From: Candidatus Eremiobacteria bacterium
GTDB lineage: Bacteria; Vulcanimicrobiota; Vulcanimicrobiia; Vulcanimicrobiales; Vulcanimicrobiaceae
DNA length: 64,000 nt
Assembly: GCA_963758295.1 (NCBI GenBank)
Contig: CAVWUU010000004.1
Coordinates: forward strand, 896,001 to 960,000
Direction of reading: 5' to 3'
The first letter of the stretch is position 1; every line of letters begins with the position of its first letter. A program made the position numbers and the translations under genes. The notes under the pieces were generated by a model. The model saw only the letters and a list, made by a program, of their open reading frames with translations, did not search any database and was not told the DNA's origin. This document shows positions 28,574-37,456 of the stretch, one piece after another.

Positions 28574-28914
28574 ATGAAAACGGTTGCATACTCGCCGGCC
28601 GGAGTAACGGCAAACGCCGGGCTGCTAAAGCTTGGAACTGCGCTTGCCGCGCTGTTCGGCCTGCGTTCGTCGCTTCCGGCGTTCACACGATGCGCACGGA
28701 ACTCGCAACAATGAATGCGCCACTGGATTGCGTCAGTGGAACACTCGTTCAAAAGAACGTTCTTGCTCGTACCAACCAGGGGCTTGGAATGATGACCAAA
28801 GCTTTGCGTTTGACGAACGTCCAACTTGCACAAATGTCGGCGGAGCTTACGGTAATGAGAAAGAACCTCGATGCCATGACGCACCGCATCGCCCATGCGA
28901 AGCTCCGCTTTTGA
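28574..28914 (+). CDS. Hypothetical coiled-coil protein (probable frameshift near 28665)
   Basis: GAGG RBS + ATG 28574 (MKTVAYS...) in one frame; heptad-like C-terminus in ORF 28504-28914. Confidence 0.4.
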
Positions 28915-29624
28915 GGACTTCCCTTGCGTCGATCTGGACGCTGCAGGCACGCTCGTTACAATCCGAACTGATCGACGGCGACGTCGACTCCCGGGAAGAG
29001 CTCTACAAGAGTTTTCATGACATTGCGTTTGCCAATCGGTGGTTCGGTGGAATCGCGGCCGCACGGAGCGCCTTGCGCGGCGTGCCCGCCGGAACGGTGC
29101 TTGACGTGGGCTGCGGCATCGGTGACATCGTGCGCACGTTGCGCTGTGAAAGCCGCACCCGCTCGGAGGACGTGCGCTACACGGGCCTCGATTCGAATCG
29201 CGAATTGATCGATGAGGCAACGGCGCGAGCAGGCGGCGATGCCGGCCTGGCCTTTGTGCACGGCGACGGAACCGTCTTGCCGTTTCAAGACGCATCGTTC
29301 GACGCCGTTACGTGCAATCTCGCGCTCCATCATTTTGCCCCGAGCGCGGCGGTTGCGCTCTTGCGAGAAATGCGACGGGTCGCTCGTCTTGCGCCGATCG
29401 TTACGGATCTGCAACGCAGCGCGCTCAGCTGGGCGGCTTCCTATGCATTCAGCCGCGTTTTCTCACGCAATCGTCTTACAAGACACGATGCGCCGCTTTC
29501 CGCTCGGCGCGCTTATACGCCCGGCGAAGCTCTTGACCTCGCGCGGCGCGCGGGATGGAAGAATCCGCAGGTGCGAACGTTCGGCTTGATCCGGATGGTG
29601 TTGATCGATGCCCCAGCTCTTTGA
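28911..29624 (+). CDS. Class I SAM-dependent methyltransferase
   Basis: ELIDG, NRWFGG, VLDVGCGIGD, LALHHF, DLQRS, HDAPLSARRAY; TTG 28911 overlaps the upstream TGA. Confidence 0.88.
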   Translation: MRTSLASIWTLQARSLQSELIDGDVDSREELYKSFHDIAFANRWFGGIAAARSALRGVPAGTVLDVGCGIGDIVRTLRCESRTRSEDVRYTGLDSNRELIDEATARAGGDAGLAFVHGDGTVLPFQDASFDAVTCNLALHHFAPSAAVALLREMRRVARLAPIVTDLQRSALSWAASYAFSRVFSRNRLTRHDAPLSARRAYTPGEALDLARRAGWKNPQVRTFGLIRMVLIDAPAL

Positions 29625-30771
29625 CGTTGCCGTCGTCGGAGCCGGACCGGCCGGCGCGGCATGCGCGCTGCGTCTTGCGCGCGCGGGCTTTTCCGTCGCC
29701 CTCGTTGACGAACGGGAATTTCCCCGCCATAAGCTCTGCGGCGAGTATCTGAATCTGGGAGCGGTGCGCGAGCTTCGCGACCTTGGCGTCGGGGAAAGCC
29801 TCGCATCACGCGCGACGCCGTTGCGAGGGATGCGGCTCTTCGCGCACGATGAGTCGGCCGAGTTCGTCTTTTCTTCTTCAGCCTGGTCGATGCCGCGAAC
29901 GATGCTCGACGAGGCACTACGGTGTCGTGCGATCGATGCCGGCGCGCACGCGATCTGCGCGCGGGTTCAAGGCGTGCGCATTGGCAGCGACACTGTTTCC
30001 CTCACGTTGGCTCACGACGGCGAACCTGAGATCCAAGCGTCCTTTGCAGTCGGCGCCGACGGCATGCGATCGAAAATCGCACATATCCTCGGTTTGAGCG
30101 CGCTGACCAACGGCAAACGTTTTGCTACGGGCGGCCACTACGCCGCTCCTGTGACGGGCGAATGGATCGAAATGTTTGCCGGCACAGAGGGATATTTGGC
30201 GATAAATCCGTTGTCCGAGGCATCCGCAAACGTAATGTTCGTCTTCGATGAGCAGCATTTGCGCCGTCATCGCGGCACGCTGCCTGCCGAGCTTCTGCGT
30301 TTTTCCAAAGGTGTCAGCAACGGCCGGTACATTCTAGACGACACCAAACTGTTGGAACGGCGGCGCGCGGTAGGTCCGCTTTCGCACGTTACGCGCAGCC
30401 TCGTGCAAGACCGGGTATTGCTCGTGGGTGACGCAGCGCGTTTTGTGGACCCGTTTACGGGCCAGGGCGTGTTCTTAGCGCTCGCCGGCGCGCGTTTAGC
30501 AGCTGCAGCGATCGCCCGGGCATTCACCGATTGCCGCTACGCTCCGGCCTTTTCGTGGTACCGTGGCGAGCTCGCGGGCGTGTATCGCGAGCGGGAACGA
30601 GTCGCGATGTTGATGCGAACCATGCTGCGGAGCCGGTTTCTTTCCCGCCGGGCAGCAGCCGCTTTACGGAGACACCCGTTGGATTTTTCACCGCTCGTCG
30701 ACGCGGTTTGCGGGGCGAATCAAATCCCTGCATTGCAGCTTGCTCGCGCCGCCGGCAACGCACTAAGATGA
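29608..30771 (+). CDS. FAD-dependent oxidoreductase (geranylgeranyl reductase/monooxygenase-like)
   Basis: GAGPAG, FPRHKLCGE, GADG, LVGDAARFVDPFTGQG. Confidence 0.9.
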   Translation: MPQLFDVAVVGAGPAGAACALRLARAGFSVALVDEREFPRHKLCGEYLNLGAVRELRDLGVGESLASRATPLRGMRLFAHDESAEFVFSSSAWSMPRTMLDEALRCRAIDAGAHAICARVQGVRIGSDTVSLTLAHDGEPEIQASFAVGADGMRSKIAHILGLSALTNGKRFATGGHYAAPVTGEWIEMFAGTEGYLAINPLSEASANVMFVFDEQHLRRHRGTLPAELLRFSKGVSNGRYILDDTKLLERRRAVGPLSHVTRSLVQDRVLLVGDAARFVDPFTGQGVFLALAGARLAAAAIARAFTDCRYAPAFSWYRGELAGVYRERERVAMLMRTMLRSRFLSRRAAAALRRHPLDFSPLVDAVCGANQIPALQLARAAGNALR

Positions 30772-31211
30772 GATCCGTCACGAGCATCACCATCGATGCC
30801 CCGGCTTCGCGCATCTATGAATTCGCGCATGCCACCGATCGTTGGCCGCAGATTCTTCCGCACTATCGATACGTGCACGTTCTTTCGGAGAATGGGAACG
30901 AGCGTACCGTGGAAATGGCGGCGCGGCGTTCGATCTTCCCCGTTAATTGGACTGCCGTTCAAACGGACGACCCGCAGACGCCCGCAATTTATTTCCGTCA
31001 CGTTCGAGGCTGGACGCGCGGAATGGACGTCGTTTGGAGTTTCGAAGAGCGCGGGTCGCAAACGCACGTTTCGATCGTCCACGATGTGGCTTTTCATTTT
31101 CCGGTTGCAGCGAGCCTCATCGAACGGCTGATCGTTACGCCGTTCTTCATCGAAGGCATCGCGCGGCGCACGCTCTCGCGCATGAAGTCCCTGGCGGAGG
31201 GCCGTGCGTGA
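30768..31211 (+). CDS. SRPBCC/polyketide cyclase-aromatase family protein
   Basis: ITIDAPASRIY...WPQILPHYR...GMDVVWSFE; ATGA overlap with the upstream gene. Confidence 0.85.
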   Translation: MRSVTSITIDAPASRIYEFAHATDRWPQILPHYRYVHVLSENGNERTVEMAARRSIFPVNWTAVQTDDPQTPAIYFRHVRGWTRGMDVVWSFEERGSQTHVSIVHDVAFHFPVAASLIERLIVTPFFIEGIARRTLSRMKSLAEGRA

Positions 31212-32443
31212 TGGAGCCGCATCGCGTAGCCATAACCGGACTGGGAGCGATCACGCCGATCGGTACCGGCAAAGAAGCCTTCTGGAATTCATTACTGGAC
31301 GGCACGGTTGCCGTCGACCGGCTGACGCGTTTTGACGCTACCGAATATCCGTCAAAGATCGCCGCGCAGATCGACGATTTCGACGCCTCGACATATCTGG
31401 ACAAGCGGCGGCTGCAGTGGACGGACCGTTTTTCGCAACTTGCTGTTGCCGGTGCAAAACTTGCGTGCGAGGACGCGGCCTTCACTTTACGCAACCGCGC
31501 AGACGTTGGCGTATACACCGGGTCGGCGTTGGGCGGCCTAACCTTCGCCGAAGAGCAAATCGAGCGCTTTCATCGTGAAGGGTTGCGCAGCGTGCGGCCC
31601 CTCTTATCGCTCTCCGTTTTCGGAGGCGCTGCTGCATCCAATATTGCCATCGAGTTCGCATTTCACGGGCCCACGATTGCCAACGCCGATTCATGCGCGG
31701 CGGGCGCAATCGCGGTCGGCGAGGCCTTTCGGGCAATTCGCAACGGCGACATCGCTGCGGCCATCGCGGGAGGCGTGGAAGCGCCGCTCGCCCCTTTGAC
31801 GTTCGGCGCGTTTACGGTTGCACGCGCGATGTCGACAAGAAACGACGATCCCAAGCGCGCCAGCCGCCCCTTCGACCGCGACCGGGACGGGTTCGTAATG
31901 GCCGAAGGCGCCGGCTTCGTGGTGCTGGAGCGTTACGAAGATGCGCTAGAGCGAGGCGCACACATCTATGCCGAAATCACGGGCTTTGGAACATCGAACG
32001 ACGCGCATCACATGGCGGCGCCTTTACCGGACGGGTCGCAAGTCGCGCATGCTATCGGCGCCGCATTGAGCGATGCACGCCTTACACCCGACGAAGTCGA
32101 AGCCATCAACGCTCATGGGTCTTCTACGCCGGCGGGAGATCGCGCCGAAATCCGCGCGTATCAAAAGGTGTTCGGTGAACGGACGGGCCGGATTCCGGTC
32201 TGCGCCACCAAAGGTCAACACGGGCATGCGCTTGGAGCAACGGGCGCATGGGAAATCGTTATTTCAGCGCTGTCGCTCGAACGTCAACGGATCCCAGGTA
32301 ACGTAAACTTCGTAGCGACGGACGACGGCTATCAGATCGGCTGCAGCTCCTCGCACGTCGAATCGACGGCGCGCACGCTGGTGAGCAACTCCTCTGGGTT
32401 TGGCGGCATCAACGCCGCTTTGGTTTTACAGGCCGTGGAGTAG
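31211..32443 (+). CDS. Beta-ketoacyl synthase, FabF/KS-alpha-like
   Basis: VAITGLG, DSCAAG (catalytic Cys), SRPFDRDRDGFVMAEG, NAHGSST, KGQHGHALG, NSSGFGG. Confidence 0.92.
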   Translation: MEPHRVAITGLGAITPIGTGKEAFWNSLLDGTVAVDRLTRFDATEYPSKIAAQIDDFDASTYLDKRRLQWTDRFSQLAVAGAKLACEDAAFTLRNRADVGVYTGSALGGLTFAEEQIERFHREGLRSVRPLLSLSVFGGAAASNIAIEFAFHGPTIANADSCAAGAIAVGEAFRAIRNGDIAAAIAGGVEAPLAPLTFGAFTVARAMSTRNDDPKRASRPFDRDRDGFVMAEGAGFVVLERYEDALERGAHIYAEITGFGTSNDAHHMAAPLPDGSQVAHAIGAALSDARLTPDEVEAINAHGSSTPAGDRAEIRAYQKVFGERTGRIPVCATKGQHGHALGATGAWEIVISALSLERQRIPGNVNFVATDDGYQIGCSSSHVESTARTLVSNSSGFGGINAALVLQAVE

Positions 32444-32446
32444 CGG

Positions 32447-32803
32447 CTACTGCGGCTGCAAGAGCGCGATGACGTTATTTTCGCAGTCCATCGCGTAGCC
32501 GAAGCGCCCGATGCCGGGAATGTCTTGCACGCGGGCCTGGCGACCGCCCTTCGTCGCAATGTCCAACATCGCTTGGTCGATGTCCGCGACTTCGATCGTT
32601 GGAACCGGTGCTTTTACGACGTCTTGGCGCTTGGTGATCGCCGCCGGAATGCCGGCGCCGTCTTCACCGGCGCCGCCATGCGTCATGTACGCGGCCGGCG
32701 CCTCCGGGTGCGGTACGAATTCCCAGCCGAAAACCTCGCGATAGAACTTCGCCGCTCGCTCGACGTCGTCGGCCGGCAGATGGAAATTGACGATCTTTGG
32801 CAC
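32447..32803 (-). CDS. VOC/glyoxalase family protein
   Basis: ADDVERAAKFYREVFGW; DIPGIGRFGYAMDCENN. Confidence 0.88.
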   Translation of the reverse strand: MPKIVNFHLPADDVERAAKFYREVFGWEFVPHPEAPAAYMTHGGAGEDGAGIPAAITKRQDVVKAPVPTIEVADIDQAMLDIATKGGRQARVQDIPGIGRFGYAMDCENNVIALLQPQ

Positions 32804-32810
32804 GATGGCG

Positions 32811-33701
32811 TTAGCCTTCGCGTTGCGCGATGAGGGCGGCCTGCTCCGGTGTGATAGTGCTCGTCACCAAAAACATTGCGGCTTCGCGCTGAGCATTCAC
32901 GTGCGTCGCCGGAACCCAAGCGTTGGAAAACGACTGCCTCAGGCGATCGTTGATCGCGAGAACCGATGAAGCTTCAGAGACGCTGAGTTGCTGCGCGATC
33001 TCTGCAACGGCTTCGTGGACGGTCACTCGTCCCGCAACCGCAGCTGCGACCGCGCTATGAAGCACCCCGGTGGAACGGCTGCCGATTGCTTGCAGCGCGG
33101 AATCGCGTGCCGTACTTTGCGCCCCCGCGATAGCGTCCGCAAGAGAGGCGCTAACATCAACCGGCGATGCGCTTCGCACGTGCGCGGAATTCGCAAGGAG
33201 GCCGCGCGCCTCCAGCGTTGCGGGTGCGGGCGCACTCGGCGGTTTGGGCGAAGCGGGTCGCGCGCCCGGGCCAAGCGACGCCTGGTAGCTGGTTCTCCGC
33301 AGTTGCGCAAGCGCTCGCGGGTTCGAAGGCACGGTGCCTTTCGCCGCGATTATTACGCCGTTGCTCAAGTTGGGCAGCGTGAAGGTTTTGGCATCCTTGT
33401 CGCCCGGCGCATGACCGAGGACCGAGAAAAGTTGCGGATTGTCGGCGATCGAAAGCTTTTGGCCTTGCAAAAAGAACCAGTTCGCCGGCGCGAGGCTTCC
33501 AACGAAGCGGTGCGCTTCACCAACGATGGGGTTCGCAAGAACGCTCGCCGGAATGGCGTCGGGAATCTCCGGAACGAACTTGAACGCGCTCGACGCCACA
33601 GGATGTTGTGCGCTCGCAGGGGTCATTCCCGGGAGCACGTGCTTTCCGCATCCGGCAAGTACCGCCGCGCTCGCGGCGCTCAAGAAGTATAGACGCTTCA
33701 T
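32811..33701 (-). CDS. Lipoprotein with a phage tail-collar domain and helical C-terminal domain
   Basis: MKRLYFLSAASAAVLAGC lipobox; IVGEAHRFVGSLAPANWFFLQGQKLSIADNPQLFSVLG...TFTLPNL; start re-called at 33701. Confidence 0.75.
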   Translation of the reverse strand: MKRLYFLSAASAAVLAGCGKHVLPGMTPASAQHPVASSAFKFVPEIPDAIPASVLANPIVGEAHRFVGSLAPANWFFLQGQKLSIADNPQLFSVLGHAPGDKDAKTFTLPNLSNGVIIAAKGTVPSNPRALAQLRRTSYQASLGPGARPASPKPPSAPAPATLEARGLLANSAHVRSASPVDVSASLADAIAGAQSTARDSALQAIGSRSTGVLHSAVAAAVAGRVTVHEAVAEIAQQLSVSEASSVLAINDRLRQSFSNAWVPATHVNAQREAAMFLVTSTITPEQAALIAQREG

Positions 33702-33711
33702 AGAATTGCCT

Positions 33712-34227
33712 CTAGCTCTGGGTCGGGAATATGCCGGTAAGCGCAATGCAGAAGGCAAGCGCCATGAACGGCTGCTGGTTTGCGTGAGGCTGACCTCCGC
33801 CGAGCGACGTAACCATTTGCGGCGACATCGCGACCATGTTACTGCTCCCGGTTGAATAGGCAAGCATCGGCGCCGCGTTGGCCGGATACGCATTTGCCGA
33901 ATTAAAAGAGTTGTTGTTTCCGGACTTTGCATCGGCTTGCGCGGGATGAACGTGTGCGGGCATCTCTGATGACGTCAGCGTATGGGTGATCTCGCCTCCG
34001 AGTTGGCCGAGCGTGTACCCGCTCCCCATGTGCATCGGCACGCGGCCTTGCAGGTTCGGAAGCGCGAACGTCGTTTGACCGTTCCCGCCGTACGTCGTCC
34101 CAAGCAACGCAAACAGCGGTTGATTCTGATTGATCGGCAAAAGCTGGCCGTTGCAAAATGCCCAGTTCTTGGGAGCGAAATTAAAGGTGTATATCTGGAT
34201 CTCGCCCAGAAACGGACTTAAGCTCAT
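33712..34227 (-). CDS. Phage tail-collar domain protein (microcystin-dependent protein-like)
   Basis: PFLGEI..FNFAPKNWAFCNGQLL...LFALLGTTYGGNGQTTFALPNLQGR; MPAHVH; CIALTGIFP. Confidence 0.92.
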   Translation of the reverse strand: MSLSPFLGEIQIYTFNFAPKNWAFCNGQLLPINQNQPLFALLGTTYGGNGQTTFALPNLQGRVPMHMGSGYTLGQLGGEITHTLTSSEMPAHVHPAQADAKSGNNNSFNSANAYPANAAPMLAYSTGSSNMVAMSPQMVTSLGGGQPHANQQPFMALAFCIALTGIFPTQS

Positions 34228-34763
34228 CAGGTCCTCGGCGGATACACGCCTTGCAGCGCGATGCAGTAGTTAATAGTGAGATAGGGCATTAGATTGTTGT
34301 GCGGCTGGCTGCCGCCGGCAACGCTGACCATCGCCGGGTTCATCATCGCCATCGTGCTCGACGAATTGCCGTTCGAATACGTGAGATTCGGCGCGTCGTT
34401 GCCCAACATGGAACCGCTGGGGGACGTTTGCGTCGCGTGGAAGTGATTGCCGTCGGCCTGCACCGTGTGGGTGTGCGCGGGCATTTCAGCCGTGAGCAGC
34501 GAGACGGAAGCCGTTCCGCCGGTTTCGCCAAGATCGTAGAGCGACAAGCCCGGCCCTTGTCCGCAATGCATGGGCACCGCGCCTTGGAGGTTTGGTAACG
34601 CAAAATTGCTCCTGCCATCGCCGCCGTACGTCGTTCCGAGCAGTGAAAAGAGCGCGGTATTTTGCGTGATCGACATGATCTGCCCGTCGCAAAACGCCCA
34701 GCCTTGAGGCGCAAAGTTGAACGGAAAGAGGCAAATCTCGGCTACGAAGGGTTGATAAGACAC
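34227..34763 (-). CDS. Phage tail-collar domain protein
   Basis: PFVAEI..FNFAPQGWAFCDGQ...ALFSLLGTTYGGDG; MPAHTH; CIALQGVYP. Confidence 0.92.
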   Translation of the reverse strand: MSYQPFVAEICLFPFNFAPQGWAFCDGQIMSITQNTALFSLLGTTYGGDGRSNFALPNLQGAVPMHCGQGPGLSLYDLGETGGTASVSLLTAEMPAHTHTVQADGNHFHATQTSPSGSMLGNDAPNLTYSNGNSSSTMAMMNPAMVSVAGGSQPHNNLMPYLTINYCIALQGVYPPRT

Positions 34764-34773
34764 GAACGGCTCC

Positions 34774-35298
34774 TTACGTTGCGCTCGGAAACGTTCCGAA
34801 CAACGAGATGCAGAACGTCACGGCGAGAAACGGCTGCAAGTTTGAGTGCGGTTGTGAACCGCCCTGCGACGGCAGCATCGCAGGATTCATCACGCGTAAC
34901 AAAGGAGCACCCGAACTGCTGTAAAGCTTGTCCGGTGTAGTCGCGGCGTAATACGCGTTCGTGGGATCGCTTTGCGTGCCGCTATTGCCGTCGCCGACGA
35001 CCGTGTGCGTGTGCGACGGAATTTGCGATTGCACTAACGTTACGCTTTCGACGCCGCCTGTCTGGCCTAACGCGTACGAACTTCCGCCGCCGCTGCCCAG
35101 GTGAAGCGGAATGCGCCCGCGCAGATCCGGCAGCGCAAACGTCGAGCTTCCGTCTCCCCCGAATGTCGTGCCGATCAACTGGTAGAGCGTGTCGTACGTG
35201 GCTATGTCGAGCAGCTGCCCGTCACACGTGAGCCACCCGGCCGGCGCAAAGTTCCCGGCGAAGAGCATGATTTCACCAACGAATGGATCGCTAGCCAT
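34774..35298 (-). CDS. Phage tail-collar domain protein
   Basis: PFVGEIMLFAGNFAPAGWLTCDGQLL...FALPDLRGR; IPSHTH; CISLFGTFP; start re-called at MASDP. Confidence 0.92.
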   Translation of the reverse strand: MASDPFVGEIMLFAGNFAPAGWLTCDGQLLDIATYDTLYQLIGTTFGGDGSSTFALPDLRGRIPLHLGSGGGSSYALGQTGGVESVTLVQSQIPSHTHTVVGDGNSGTQSDPTNAYYAATTPDKLYSSSGAPLLRVMNPAMLPSQGGSQPHSNLQPFLAVTFCISLFGTFPSAT

Positions 35299-35312
35299 CG
35301 TCCTTTGTGCCT

Positions 35313-37444
35313 CTACGGTTTGTACGCCGCAGCCTGCGGCGGGTTTGTGGTGAAGTTGAGGAAGCCGGTTTGCTTCGGGCTGGCCGGCTCTTGCGCCGAT
35401 TGCACGGGATCGTAACAGGTGCACGGCGACGTCAATTGCGTAACGTCGAAAATGTAAACGCCTTGCTTCGCTACCATGTTGCTATCGCTTAACGTCACGA
35501 GCAGCTTAGTGCCGGAGAGGAACTTCAGGCTCGTTACGACCGGATTCGTTCCGTACACGAACGTGGCGCAAGTCGGATCGGCGCAAGCATCGAACGGGAT
35601 TACTCCGCCCACAAGCCCGCGCGCGGCAGTTCCGTCGTACACCTGAACTGCGGGCAGACCGTTGAAGTCTAGGCCCGCTACAGCGACGTATCCGCTGGAA
35701 CTCGCAGCAACTTTGTCGCCTTCGAAATCCGAATACCCGCCGTCGGAACCGATGAGCACGGACTTCACCTTTACTCCCGCAGCCGTATAGAAGTCCAGAT
35801 ACGCGGTGCTCGTCGCATTATTGTATCCGCTCGCGATCACCAACTGAGAATTGAATGAATCCCACGCCAGTGCATGCGGTGAAAAGATCGTCGAATCGGT
35901 CAGCGCCGTCTGCGCACCGTTGGGCGCGACCATGACGACCTTCGACGTGCTCGTACCGTCGGTAACGGCCGCGGCATAAGTTCCGCTTTGCGCTGCGCCC
36001 GGAACTGCAACGACGTCGAAGGTTCCCAACGTACCGCTTGCGTTAGAAATGTCACGCGATATGGGTGCGGCCGCATACGTATTGCCGAGCGTATAGGCAA
36101 CGGTGTTATAGGCGGCGCTCGCCGGAACGTTGCCGACCACGACGCTGGTGTCCGTGTTCAAAGCAATCGATTCCGGATCTTTAGCATTTGTCGACGTAGT
36201 GGTAGAGACGCTGGCGCCCGTGCTGATCGCGCCGGCCGGAACGCAGGCGAAGTCGCCATAGTCGCTCGGGATGCCGTCTCCGCCATTGGCGATGAGCAGA
36301 TCGCCGCTTCCGTCGAAGACCATAGCGCGCGGATTATCGACGTCGGGCTTGCCTTCGTTGAGGGAACTCGTAGTCGCCAGCGACTGAACGGCGTATGGCG
36401 AGAACGTATCCGAACCGCCGAGGGTCACGGTATAGAGATCGATTTTTCCGCTGTTCGCGCCGGTCTGTTCAACGACGGCGAGGAAGCTCGGCGGCGGTGC
36501 TGCGCCGGTAGAGAATGAGAACGATTTCGTTTGCGCAAAGGTGAGGCCGTCGCCGCCGTTCGCTGGGACGCCTTTAACGGAGACCGTAGCGCTGGTCACC
36601 GCAGAATTGCTCGGCGTGAGCGTGATGGTTTGCGCCGACTGGTTGATGGTGAACGAAACGTTACCCCCGGTGCCGTTGATCGTGCCCGCGGCGCTTTGGT
36701 ACGTGCTCGTATTATCGAGAATTTGAATTAGCGGCAGGCCGGGCGCCGTAATCGTTTTTCCGGCCGGATCGGTGAACGTTACGCTCATCGTTACCGGCGT
36801 GGTGCCTACCGATCCGAACGAAGCGCCGACGGGGCCGTTGGTGCATGCCGCCGTTCCGCTAATGGTCATCGCCGAAGCATTGGCATCAAGCGAGATGGCA
36901 TACGCATTCGCGGCGCCCTGACTCGTCGTGACCGTGGAAATTTGTTGCGAAAGCTTATTGCCGGTACCGCCGGCGGCATCCCATGCGGTGATCGTAATGG
37001 TGTTTATGCCGATCGGAAGCTGGAACGTTGCCGTGCATTTATAGTTGCCGCCGTTGGAGGGGTCGGTGCCGCATTGACCGGCGATCGATCCGTTTCCCGT
37101 CATGTTCGCGAAGTTTGCGACCTGCACGGCTTTTAGCGCTGCCGCGACGTTTGCGTAAATGTCGGCAATTGTGCCGGCATTTTTCGTATCCGTCACCTGC
37201 ACGCTGACCGACTTCGTGGCAGACGAGACGTACTTGCGGCGAGCGCACTCCTTTTGCGAAAGCCGTAGCTTTCTTTGCGGAACGTGAAACTGAACGTCGC
37301 AGGTGCCGAAGCAGCCTTCGATTGTGCGGACCCCGGCCCGCTTACGGCCGGGAGAGCAGAGGAACCGTGTCCGCCGCCGCACGCGCTAACGAGCGAAGCG
37401 GCCGACACAAACGCAACCGTGCGTACGAGCCGGGATCCAAACAT
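35313..37444 (-). CDS. Large Ser/Thr/Gly-rich lipoprotein with Ig-like and beta-propeller-like regions (frameshift near 37260)
   Basis: GAGG-containing junction and MFGSRLVRTVAFVSAASLVSACGGG lipobox in ORF 37193-37444; body in ORF 35313-37382 (YVSSATKSV; PRAMVFD, PESIALN, PHALAWD). Confidence 0.75.
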
Positions 37445-37456
37445 CGAGGTACTTTC

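Noticed and set aside
31211..32443. Canonical aromatic type II PKS
   Set aside because: No chain-length factor or ACP adjacent; reported instead as an atypical cluster.
33712..35298. Prophage or contractile injection system
   Set aside because: No terminase, capsid, sheath, tube, baseplate or lysis genes in the window; only collar-domain genes.
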